DNA from: an uncultured Bacillota bacterium
Lineage (GTDB): Bacteria > Bacillota > Clostridia > Peptostreptococcales > Anaerovoracaceae
DNA: 64,000 bases
Reading direction: 5' to 3'
Assembly: GCA_949295785.1 (NCBI GenBank)
Contig: CASFMJ010000110.1
Coordinates: 1,313 to 65,312 of the forward strand
A program made the position numbers and the translations under genes. A model generated the notes under the pieces. That model was not told the origin of the DNA, did no database searches, and saw nothing but the letters and a program-made list of their open reading frames with translations. Below are positions 46,397 to 54,841 of this stretch, in pieces; within the stretch, counting starts at the first letter, position 1; the number at the start of each line of letters is the position of its first letter.

Positions 46397-47957
46397 AGAC
46401 TGCCTTCAGCTCAAGTCTCTGAGTCAGGGTGTTGTGGTCGCAGGAGAGAAAAATCTCACAAACAGGATAAAGAATATTTCTGTTATGGATGCAGGAACTG
46501 CTGAAGAAGCAGCGGCTTATAACGGAAAAACTGAAGAACTTGTGCTCACCTCTTTTGCCGGAATGAAAAATGATCTTGAAGCACAAAAGAATGCCATTCG
46601 CAACCTGGCTAAAGCAGGGGCTGCAGGAATGGTAATAATGCATAGAGAAAATTCCGACAGGCATAACTATAAAGAGGTAATAACTGCGGCAGAGGAATCA
46701 GGACTTCCGCTGGTTATACTTGCCTGCGGGCAGGAAGAAGGGTATGCGGAAATCATATCACAGGTAATGGAAAAGGTTCTTTATGGCGGAAACTTTAAAA
46801 ACAGCCTTATAAATAACACTATTTTCCATCTTCTTAATTTTGAAAAACACAGCAGTTTTTTACAGGCATTGAGGGAAGCCGCCATAAGCAATGAATTTCA
46901 GATTGTTCTTCTCAGTGAAGATTTCAATCCTATATTTGCTGTAGAGACAAGACACCAGATAGCAATTGATGCAGCAATAAGAAGAGGAAGAGAGTTTGTG
47001 CTCAACTTCAGCCATATTTACAGTCTTATAGACATAGATGGTGTGCTGACCTATTGGGGGAAAATAGAAAACGAAGGGGATAAGTATTATCTTCTTATAG
47101 TTGATAACGAGGATAATTATTCGGCAGGAGAAATAACAAAACTGGCAGAGATAATAGAACTGGCCATGGGTATGTGGAAGTTTACTCCGGAAAGCGATGC
47201 CAGAGCCGAGTTTGTAAAATCGCTTATAAGAGGGAACAGAAGCCTTGCATATTCACTTAAACAAGAAGCAGGTGTAAACCCGTCAGATATAATATCGGTA
47301 TTTTTTGCTAAAGGAATTGATAGTAAAAAATGTGAAAGTATAATGGATTCTTATGAGGAAAAAAATCTTCTGAATATCATTAGACTTAAAGAAGATGGAA
47401 AAATATACGGAGTAGTCTCAAAAGGCACGAGTATAGAACAGAGTGACGGTGCAGAAGAAAAAACAGCATGTCTCAGAATGTATGATGAAATGAAAGAGGA
47501 CAAAACAGTCAGGATTTTTCATTCTACCGGCATTGATGCCATTGAAGGTGCCGGAGACGGTTTTAATATGATAAACGAGACGTGGCCGTTCGCAGGGTAT
47601 ATATTTCCATATAAGAGGGTGTTTACCAAATATGAGATGGTGCTTGTGAGCAACTGTATGAACATACAGCTTCAGGGAGGGCACTTTAAGAAAAATTATG
47701 CCGATCTGCTGGGACCCTTTAAAAAGGATGGCGACAACAAGGCAAGACAGTTATTGGAGACTCTTGAGACATTCGTTCTCGATGCCGGTATGAACAGCGG
47801 AAAAACAGCAGAGTTTATGGGAATACATACAAATACTGTACAATACAGGCTAAAAAAAATAAATGAAGTGCTTGGTGCTGAGATAACAGGTAACCGCGTA
47901 ATTCCGGGACTGACCATAGCGCTGGCTCTTCAGAGACTCGAGAATGGATCCAGATAA
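46380..47957 (+). CDS. PucR-family transcriptional regulator
   Basis: 525 aa. It has an N-terminal PucR-like domain (LQLKSL..GVVVAGEKNL) and the C-terminal HTH GKTAEFMGIHTNTVQYRLKKINEVLG. It overlaps the ftsH 3' end by 17 nt. Confidence 0.78.
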   Translation: MKVTFKDCLQLKSLSQGVVVAGEKNLTNRIKNISVMDAGTAEEAAAYNGKTEELVLTSFAGMKNDLEAQKNAIRNLAKAGAAGMVIMHRENSDRHNYKEVITAAEESGLPLVILACGQEEGYAEIISQVMEKVLYGGNFKNSLINNTIFHLLNFEKHSSFLQALREAAISNEFQIVLLSEDFNPIFAVETRHQIAIDAAIRRGREFVLNFSHIYSLIDIDGVLTYWGKIENEGDKYYLLIVDNEDNYSAGEITKLAEIIELAMGMWKFTPESDARAEFVKSLIRGNRSLAYSLKQEAGVNPSDIISVFFAKGIDSKKCESIMDSYEEKNLLNIIRLKEDGKIYGVVSKGTSIEQSDGAEEKTACLRMYDEMKEDKTVRIFHSTGIDAIEGAGDGFNMINETWPFAGYIFPYKRVFTKYEMVLVSNCMNIQLQGGHFKKNYADLLGPFKKDGDNKARQLLETLETFVLDAGMNSGKTAEFMGIHTNTVQYRLKKINEVLGAEITGNRVIPGLTIALALQRLENGSR

Positions 47958-47983
47958 TGGAAGAATAAATGAAAGGGAGGACC

Positions 47984-48943
47984 ATGGAAGAATTGCGAAT
48001 AGGCAACCTGATACTGGACAATCCCTTTTTTCTTGCGCCTCTTGCGGGTATAACCGATGCACCGATGAGAAGGTTATGCAAGGAACAAGGAGCAGCGCTG
48101 GTTTTCAGTGAAATGATCAGTGCCAAAGGTCTCTGGTATGGGGATAAAAATACATCAAGGCTACTTAAGCTTTATGATGATGAAAAACCTGTAGCCTTTC
48201 AGATATTTGGCCATGAGCCTGAAGTGATGGCCTTTGCAGCAAGGGAACTTTCAAAGCTTACTTGTGCTGCCATCGATATAAATATGGGATGTCCCGTTCC
48301 CAAGATAGTGAGGAACAATGAGGGATCTGCTCTTCTGAAAAATCCGGAGCTGGTATATGATGTGGTGGCAGCTGTCGTGAAGAACTCTGATAAGCCTGTG
48401 ACAGTGAAAATAAGATCAGGATGGGATGAAGAATCAATAAACGCAGTTGAGATATCCCATGCAATTTCGGCTGCAGGGGCGTCAGCAATAACGGTCCATG
48501 GCAGGACTCGTCAGCAGTATTACAGCGGAAATGCTGACTGGGATATAATAGCTGATGTAAAAAGGGCTGTAAACATACCTGTGGTTGGAAACGGTGATGT
48601 GGTTTCTGCAGAAAGTGCTCTTGATATGATCAGAAAGACAGGCTGCGATTTTGTTATGATAGGACGCGGAGCATTGGGGAATCCATGGATATTTAAAGAG
48701 GTGACTGCCGCATGGAAGGGTGAGAAGATGCCTGTGCCCCCTTCGAAAGAAGATAAGAAACACATGATGCTGCGCCATCTTGATGATCTGGCAGATCTGA
48801 AAGGAGCGTATGCGGCAGTACGTGAAATGAGAAAACATGTAGGGTGGTATACAAGAGGGCTGCCCGGTGCAGCAGCATTCAGAAAAACGGTAAATAACAT
48901 AACCGATATAAATGATCTGCGAGATGCTATAAAAAATATATGA
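47984..48943 (+). CDS. dusB: tRNA-dihydrouridine synthase
   Basis: Starts at the ATG at 47984, after AGGGAGG. It contains APLAGITD, DINMGCP and HGRTR. Confidence 0.9.
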   Translation: MEELRIGNLILDNPFFLAPLAGITDAPMRRLCKEQGAALVFSEMISAKGLWYGDKNTSRLLKLYDDEKPVAFQIFGHEPEVMAFAARELSKLTCAAIDINMGCPVPKIVRNNEGSALLKNPELVYDVVAAVVKNSDKPVTVKIRSGWDEESINAVEISHAISAAGASAITVHGRTRQQYYSGNADWDIIADVKRAVNIPVVGNGDVVSAESALDMIRKTGCDFVMIGRGALGNPWIFKEVTAAWKGEKMPVPPSKEDKKHMMLRHLDDLADLKGAYAAVREMRKHVGWYTRGLPGAAAFRKTVNNITDINDLRDAIKNI

Positions 48944-48962
48944 CATATAAGGAGGTAAAACC

Positions 48963-50174
48963 ATGAATTATGATTTTGACGAGATCATTGAGAGACGAAA
49001 TACTAATGCTTTGAACACTGATGGATTCAGAGGATACATATTCAATGCGGGCCCAGAGAAAGTGTTTCCTTATAAGGATGAAGAATTCATCCGCATGTGG
49101 GTGGCTGACATGGAATTTGCCACACCTGCTGTCATATGTGAAGCTATGAAGAAACGAATTGATAAAAGAATATTTGGTTATACCGTTGTACTTGATTCAG
49201 AGTATTATGATATATTCTCCAAATGGTGCAAAGACATGTATGACTGGCAGTTTCCTCAGGAGCAGCTTAAATTCTCAGCAGGAATAATACCGGCCCTTTA
49301 TCAGTTTGTTGAAGACTTCTGTAAGCCGGATAAAAAGGTACTTACACTGACTCCTGCATATGGATATTTTCTTCATGCGGCTGAATATAACGGTGTTGAA
49401 CTGGTGACATCTGATCTTAAAAATGATAACGGATATTTTACAATTGACTTTGACGATCTGGAAAAGAAAGCGCAAGATCCTGATGTGACCATGCTCATGT
49501 GGTGCAATCCGCATAATCCGACAGGTCGTGTGTGGACTGGTGAAGAACTGAAGAAGGTGGCTGAAATTGCGGAAAAATATGATTTATGGGTAGTTTCTGA
49601 CGAAATCCATTGTGATCTTCTGCGCCAGGGTATACATCACACTCCTATGGCTAAGATGATGCCCGATTATGACAAGCTTATAACATGTATGTCTGCAAGC
49701 AAGACATTTAACATGGCCGGTCTGATGCATTCCAATATAATAATCAGAAATAAAGAGTACAGAGAATATTTTGCCTCAAGAGATAAACTTATAGGAGCTG
49801 TAAATCCTGTTTCATTTGAAGCTCATAAGGCAGCATACCGGGAAGGCGGAGAGTGGCTTGATCAGCTTAAAACATATCTGGACGGCAATTTTAAGATGAT
49901 GAAGGAGCATTTTGAAAAGAATGCACCGGAGGTCAAGTGCTATGTACCTGAGGCCACTTATCTGGCATGGGTTGACATGAGCGATGCTCTTGCTGATGTA
50001 AAAGACCTCTGTGACTTTTTCGCCAACAAGGCAGGTGTATTGCTTGAGGGTGGAAACTCCTTGTTCGTAGGAAATGCGGAAGGCTTTATAAGACTGAATC
50101 TGGCTATGCCCAGAGCAACACTTGAAGAAGGCCTCAGGCGTATGACTGATGCCATAAAAGAGCATTGTAAGTAA
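48963..50174 (+). CDS. patB: MalY/PatB-type PLP-dependent C-S lyase (aminotransferase class I/II)
   Basis: 403 aa with RBS AAGGAGG. It contains CNPHNPTG and SASKTFN (PLP Lys). Confidence 0.82.
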   Translation: MNYDFDEIIERRNTNALNTDGFRGYIFNAGPEKVFPYKDEEFIRMWVADMEFATPAVICEAMKKRIDKRIFGYTVVLDSEYYDIFSKWCKDMYDWQFPQEQLKFSAGIIPALYQFVEDFCKPDKKVLTLTPAYGYFLHAAEYNGVELVTSDLKNDNGYFTIDFDDLEKKAQDPDVTMLMWCNPHNPTGRVWTGEELKKVAEIAEKYDLWVVSDEIHCDLLRQGIHHTPMAKMMPDYDKLITCMSASKTFNMAGLMHSNIIIRNKEYREYFASRDKLIGAVNPVSFEAHKAAYREGGEWLDQLKTYLDGNFKMMKEHFEKNAPEVKCYVPEATYLAWVDMSDALADVKDLCDFFANKAGVLLEGGNSLFVGNAEGFIRLNLAMPRATLEEGLRRMTDAIKEHCK

Positions 50175-50187
50175 TATAATGATGTAT

Positions 50188-50233
50188 AAGGGATATGCAG
50201 ACAACTGAAGTGATATAATGCATATCCCTTTTG
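50188..50233 (+). terminator. rho-independent terminator
   Basis: 12-bp stem AAGGGATATGCA / TGCATATCCCTT followed by TT. Confidence 0.7.
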
Positions 50234-50384
50234 AAAAGATAAACAGAATCCCCTAAAATGCAGATAACAGTACTGCTGTGAAAATGACAGCTGATATTGG
50301 ACCGGAAAAGATTACTGGTATCTGCCGTTTATTCAGACAAATAAAATTATAGAAAAATAAAGTCCTGATAAAAAGGAGGAGAAC

Positions 50385-51314
50385 ATGAAAAAACAAGAAC
50401 TGCAGATGATTTCGGATTGTGACGGACTGCCGCTTTCCGTAATGATATTTGAGCCTGAAACAGAAGAGGGATCAGTTAAGGGAGTTGTTCAGATATCACA
50501 CGGAATGGCAGAACATAAAGAGAGATACTATCCATTCATGGAGTTTCTTGCAGAAAACGGCTATGCATCGGTAATAAACGATCACAGAGGCCATGGAAAA
50601 AGTGTGAGAGAAAAAGAAGACAAAGGATACTTTTATGATGACACAGCCGAGTATGTGGTAGCTGATCTTCATCAGATAACTGCAGCTATAAGAAAAATGT
50701 TTCCGCAAAAACCGCTCTGCCTTTTCGGACACAGCATGGGTTCTCTCATAGTAAGAAAATACATAAAAAAATACGATTTTGAAATAGAAAAACTTGTGGT
50801 ATGTGGATCGCCAAGCAAAAATCCGATGGTAGGAGCAGCGCTGCTGATTGTAGGTGTGCAAAAGGTTTTCAAGGGAGAACGGCACAGGAGCCGGCTGATA
50901 CAGAAACTGGCATTCGGCAGCTACAATAAAAACATAAAGAACCCGGTTTCTTCTACAGCATGGCTATCGGCCAACGAAGACAATGTGAAAGCATATGATA
51001 AGGATGAAGACTGCGGTTATATCTTTACTCTTAATGGTTTTAAAAATCTTTTTACATTGCTGAAAGAAGTATATAAACCCGGAGGGTGGGTAATGAAAAA
51101 TAAAGATCTTCCTATTTTCTTCGTAGCAGGGGAAGATGATCCGGTAACTGTAAGTCCCAAAGAGTGGCAGGCAAGCATGAGTTTTTTGAGAAATCTGGGA
51201 TATAATAATGTTTCGGGGAAAATGTACACCGGTCTTAGGCATGAAATACTCAACGAAAAACAGGCACGAACAGTTTATGAAGATATTCTGACTTTTATTG
51301 AAAACGGAAATTAA
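50385..51314 (+). CDS. alpha/beta hydrolase (lysophospholipase/monoacylglycerol-lipase-like)
   Basis: 309 aa with RBS AAGGAGGAG. It has the nucleophile elbow GHSMGS and an HGMAEH oxyanion region. Confidence 0.85.
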   Translation: MKKQELQMISDCDGLPLSVMIFEPETEEGSVKGVVQISHGMAEHKERYYPFMEFLAENGYASVINDHRGHGKSVREKEDKGYFYDDTAEYVVADLHQITAAIRKMFPQKPLCLFGHSMGSLIVRKYIKKYDFEIEKLVVCGSPSKNPMVGAALLIVGVQKVFKGERHRSRLIQKLAFGSYNKNIKNPVSSTAWLSANEDNVKAYDKDEDCGYIFTLNGFKNLFTLLKEVYKPGGWVMKNKDLPIFFVAGEDDPVTVSPKEWQASMSFLRNLGYNNVSGKMYTGLRHEILNEKQARTVYEDILTFIENGN

Positions 51315-51376
51315 CCGTTGCCCTGTGATAATGGACATGGTATACTTTAGAAAAAGACATACAAGGGGGTATACAG

Positions 51377-51466
51377 ATGAAAAAAAGAATTCTGCCCATA
51401 CTGCTGATAACTGTGGCTGTTGCCGCTCTTATTGCTTACAAGGGAGATGAAAATGAGGCCGAATAA
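51377..51466 (+). CDS. possible 29-aa membrane micro-ORF
   Basis: ATG 7 nt after AAGGGGG. The sequence is MKKRILPILLITVAVAALIAYKGDENEAE. The call is speculative. Confidence 0.2.
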   Translation: MKKRILPILLITVAVAALIAYKGDENEAE

Positions 51467-51493
51467 TTTATTGTATCAGCCTTAAAAAAGAAA

Positions 51494-51536
51494 AGTGAGT
51501 TCGAGACCTTCCTCACTATAAACAAAACTAAAGGAG
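51494..51536 (+). promoter_or_regulatory. preQ1-I riboswitch
   Basis: AGTGAG-TTCGAGACCTTC-CTCAC-TATAAACAAAACTAAAGGAG has P1 arms GTGAG/CTCAC and an A-rich tail. The loop CCTT can pair with AAGG of the SD. It lies directly upstream of queT. Confidence 0.8.
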
Positions 51537-51541
51537 CAAAT

Positions 51542-52012
51542 ATGAAAGAAAAAATCTTATATCTTACAAGGGCTGCTCTTATTGCGGCCTTTTACGTTGT
51601 ATTGACATTTGTGTCTCAGTTTTTTGGACTGGCAAGCGGAGTGATACAGTTCAGGCTTTCGGAAGCCCTTACTTGCATGCCGCTGTTTTATAAAGAGGCA
51701 GTGCCCGGTCTTGCGGTAGGGTGTGTTCTTGCCAATCTGCTTACGGGATGTGCCCTGTGGGACATAGTTTTCGGTTCTCTTGCGACTTTTTTAGGTGCAG
51801 TGGGAACTTATTACATAGGGAGAAAAAAACCGGTCATGGGACCCGTTTTTCCCATAATTTCCAATATGATTATAGTTCCGTTGGTACTTCAGAATGTTTA
51901 CGGAGCTACAGACAGTTACTGGTTTTTAATGTTGACGGTAGGTGCAGGTGAAATAGTCTGCTGCGGTATTCTCGGTATGGCATTGTACAAAGCCTATAAG
52001 AAAGTGGCATAA
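51542..52012 (+). CDS. queT: queuosine-precursor transporter QueT
   Basis: 156 aa. It contains AALIAAFYVVLT, IQFRLSEAL and GAGEIV, typical of the QueT family. It is preceded by a preQ1 riboswitch. Confidence 0.85.
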   Translation: MKEKILYLTRAALIAAFYVVLTFVSQFFGLASGVIQFRLSEALTCMPLFYKEAVPGLAVGCVLANLLTGCALWDIVFGSLATFLGAVGTYYIGRKKPVMGPVFPIISNMIIVPLVLQNVYGATDSYWFLMLTVGAGEIVCCGILGMALYKAYKKVA

Positions 52013-52065
52013 AATCCGTCATAAAAATATAAAAAAGCATTATATTAATAACAGGAGGTAATATC

Positions 52066-52266
52066 ATGGCTGTCAGATTAAATGAAAATAAGGAAATAGT
52101 TGAAGGTATAAAAGAAGGTCTGAAAAAGACAGGTGGATATTGCCCGTGCAGGGTTGAAAGAACAGAGGATACAAAGTGTATCTGCAAGGAATTTAAGGAG
52201 CAGATAGCTGATCCGGACTTCGAGGGGTACTGCCACTGCATGTTATATTATAAAAGCAAAGAGTAA
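52066..52266 (+). CDS. ferredoxin-thioredoxin reductase catalytic-subunit-like small protein
   Basis: 66 aa with RBS AGGAGG. The cysteine pattern is CPC-x(10)-CIC-x(16)-CHC. Confidence 0.68.
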   Translation: MAVRLNENKEIVEGIKEGLKKTGGYCPCRVERTEDTKCICKEFKEQIADPDFEGYCHCMLYYKSKE

Positions 52267-52273
52267 TAAATTA

Positions 52274-52326
52274 AAACACGGTTTTTTACAGGTCATGTTA
52301 TCCTGCAAAAGACCGTGCTTTTTTAT
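52274..52326. terminator. bidirectional terminator candidate
   Basis: Long imperfect hairpin CACGGT...CAGG / CCTG...ACCGTG flanked by T and A runs. It lies between convergent genes. Confidence 0.5.
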
Positions 52327-52733
52327 TCCTCAATTCCAAGAAGATATTTATCCAGAAGCTCTACAGCATCTTCTATACAGCCATTGCAGCTGCGAAGAGG
52401 AGTACCTGTATCCACCCCTTTGAGCTGACTGCATATTATTGAAGAATTTTTCTCTTTAAATTCTTTTATAAGAGTTTTCATGATATTATAGCATTCCCGT
52501 TTGGTTTTTGGTGAGTCAAGTTGGCCGTCACTGAGTTTCATACCGGTGACAAGTGCCATAGCAGAAACTGCACCGCATGTTTCCATTGTGCCCATGCCAA
52601 ATCCAAATGCTTCTGCATGCCTGAACACGGTCACAGGATCTGCACCCATAACGTGACAGAATGAACATGCCACAGACTGGGCACAGTTGAAACCTTTTCC
52701 ATGAAGCATCACTGCCATTTCTTTTCTGTTCAT
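52323..52733 (-). CDS. C_GCAxxG_C_C family protein
   Basis: Starts at the ATG at 52733, after AGGAG. It contains FNCAQSV, ETCGAVSAMALVTG and the C-terminal CNGC. Confidence 0.72.
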   Translation of the reverse strand: MNRKEMAVMLHGKGFNCAQSVACSFCHVMGADPVTVFRHAEAFGFGMGTMETCGAVSAMALVTGMKLSDGQLDSPKTKRECYNIMKTLIKEFKEKNSSIICSQLKGVDTGTPLRSCNGCIEDAVELLDKYLLGIEE

Positions 52734-52741
52734 TTTTTCTC

Positions 52742-53614
52742 CTATCTGACAATAAACTTGGGATTTTTCTTTTTTATGTCCGGGTCTTTTATAACGCAAT
52801 CGGGTTTTGATTCCAGAAGACTCGGATCTGAATAATATTTTTTCAGTTCTTTAAAACATCTGCTGTAATAATGGCCGTCGGCTATACGCTCATCGGTAGT
52901 TATACCCAGTTCCATAACCTTATGTTCTTCTATCAGTTCTCCGTTTTTAAAAAGTTTTTTAATAGGAAGTCCCAAAGATACGAATACTCCTGTAGTGCCG
53001 AACTGATAAAGATGATGATACGCAGCGCCTGCTCTTATGGAAGCCAGGTTTGTGACAAACAGTGAAGTATGAAAGGGACTGGCATCTACAATGGAAAAAG
53101 GCAAGGCGAAATATTTATCTAAAAATTTGAAAAAACCTACTGCCGCACTGAGGAGAAAAGGAATTCTGACCAGTTTTTTCGCCAGTTTATCCATAGAAGA
53201 TTCCGCTCCATCCTCCTGGGCCTTTTCAACAGCCTCACTGATTTTTCTGTTTACAGTAAAAATATCGTCATCCAGATTGAAATAAATTTTGGTCACCGTA
53301 CTGCTGGTTTTACTTTGAGTAAGGGTGACGAAAGAAATACAGAAATGATTCCTTGCGTAAATACGCTTATTGATGACAAACCGATTAAGATGGGGATTCT
53401 GAGAAACCAGTCTAATATAGCCTGCTATTATTATAGCCATATGGCTCATGGAAATCCCCTTTTGTCTGCAATGCTTGATATAATTCTGAAGAAGATCAAG
53501 ATCAATATCCTGCTTTATGTAATTACTGGCATCATATCTCTTATCCATAACAAAAGCTGCGATCTCATACATTGGATCGTCAGATATTACCCTGTAACCG
53601 TCAGTTCTGTACAT
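52742..53614 (-). CDS. 2-oxoacid dehydrogenase E2-type acyltransferase catalytic domain protein (CAT-like fold)
   Basis: 290 aa. The C-terminal DERIADGHYYSRCF resembles the E2 catalytic DHRxxDG motif. No lipoyl or subunit-binding domains are present. Confidence 0.6.
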   Translation of the reverse strand: MYRTDGYRVISDDPMYEIAAFVMDKRYDASNYIKQDIDLDLLQNYIKHCRQKGISMSHMAIIIAGYIRLVSQNPHLNRFVINKRIYARNHFCISFVTLTQSKTSSTVTKIYFNLDDDIFTVNRKISEAVEKAQEDGAESSMDKLAKKLVRIPFLLSAAVGFFKFLDKYFALPFSIVDASPFHTSLFVTNLASIRAGAAYHHLYQFGTTGVFVSLGLPIKKLFKNGELIEEHKVMELGITTDERIADGHYYSRCFKELKKYYSDPSLLESKPDCVIKDPDIKKKNPKFIVR

Positions 53615-53758
53615 AAATTTACCCCCAATATGTTTTATGTCGAATGGACACGATTTATTATATAATATTTTTCTAAAGAAAACAAGGGATTGGACTTGCG
53701 GGTAAAATATGCTATAATCTGAAACAGATTACAGTGATCTGACATGCAGGAGAAAAAA

Positions 53759-54841
53759 ATGGAACAGATTCTTTATAAATGTGACGATTTCAAAGTGGGA
53801 AGCTGGGTAGGAGGTTCAGTAAAAGAACTGGCAATATTTCCACATAACGCCCAATATCTTAACAGAGATTTTATATGGCGTATAAGTACCTATGATATGG
53901 AGGCGGAGGAGGCAACCTTTCCCAGGCTTGCTGATTATGACAGAATTCTGGTGGTAACAGAGGGAGAAGCTGTGCTCAGCTATGAAGATGAGCGCATATC
54001 CAGACTTGCAGAATTAGAACAGGACAGTTTTGACGGCCAATGGAAAACCACATGCTTTGGAAAAGTTAAAAGTTTTGATCTTGCAGTACGCAAGGGAAGC
54101 CAAGGGTATGTGGATGTGCTGTTCCCGGAAAAAGAAAGTCGTACATTTCCTGTACCAGCTGCCAGTGAGGCAAAAAATCAGACCCATGCTTTTTTCTGTC
54201 TTGAAGGTTACTGTCTGGTGTCATCGAAAAAAGGCAGCACAATGGTTAAACCGGGACAGATTCTTATCCTCGAATATGAAGATGATGAACCTGCCGATTA
54301 CTCATTGATGGGAGAAGGAAAGATTATCAGGTCTATGATTTTCTTTAATGATATGGAAGAACTGATGGGACCCGAGACAATACCTGCTGAAAAACCTTCT
54401 TTTGATGATTTCAGATGCTGTATATATCTTGCTAATACTCAGTTCAAGTGGGCCCCCTATATTGTAAAGAGCCTGCGTGAAATGTGGTTTACCCAACAGT
54501 TGAGCAAGGCAATCAAAAAAATAGAGAAATTTTATATACCAACACTGGTATTTTTTATAATAGCTATGATCACAGGCATTTTGGTCATGAAGCATGGAGG
54601 AACAGACGGTCAGGTGATATTGGCAATTTTGATATGGTTTGTTATTGATTGTCTGCTTATATCACCGCTTATTTACATGTGTACAGTGCCAAAGCCTGTA
54701 AGAAAGCACATGAAAAAGGTTTCCCAACTGACACCATATGAGCAGCGTATCCGGGAGGAAGAACTGGGGCGCAATGAAAGGTTGGAAAAAATAATGAAAA
54801 AATATAAAAACAGCGGAAAAAACCTTGGGAGAGATGAATGA
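53759..54841 (+). CDS. HutD/Ves-family domain fused to a C-terminal two-TM segment
   Basis: Starts at the ATG at 53759, after AGGAG. The HutD-like blocks are SWVGGSVKELAIFP, FIWRISTYDM, DYDRILVVTEG and SFDLAVRKG. They are followed by hydrophobic segments (PTLVFFIIAMITGILV, ILAILIWFVIDCLLISPLIY). Confidence 0.55.
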   Translation: MEQILYKCDDFKVGSWVGGSVKELAIFPHNAQYLNRDFIWRISTYDMEAEEATFPRLADYDRILVVTEGEAVLSYEDERISRLAELEQDSFDGQWKTTCFGKVKSFDLAVRKGSQGYVDVLFPEKESRTFPVPAASEAKNQTHAFFCLEGYCLVSSKKGSTMVKPGQILILEYEDDEPADYSLMGEGKIIRSMIFFNDMEELMGPETIPAEKPSFDDFRCCIYLANTQFKWAPYIVKSLREMWFTQQLSKAIKKIEKFYIPTLVFFIIAMITGILVMKHGGTDGQVILAILIWFVIDCLLISPLIYMCTVPKPVRKHMKKVSQLTPYEQRIREEELGRNERLEKIMKKYKNSGKNLGRDE

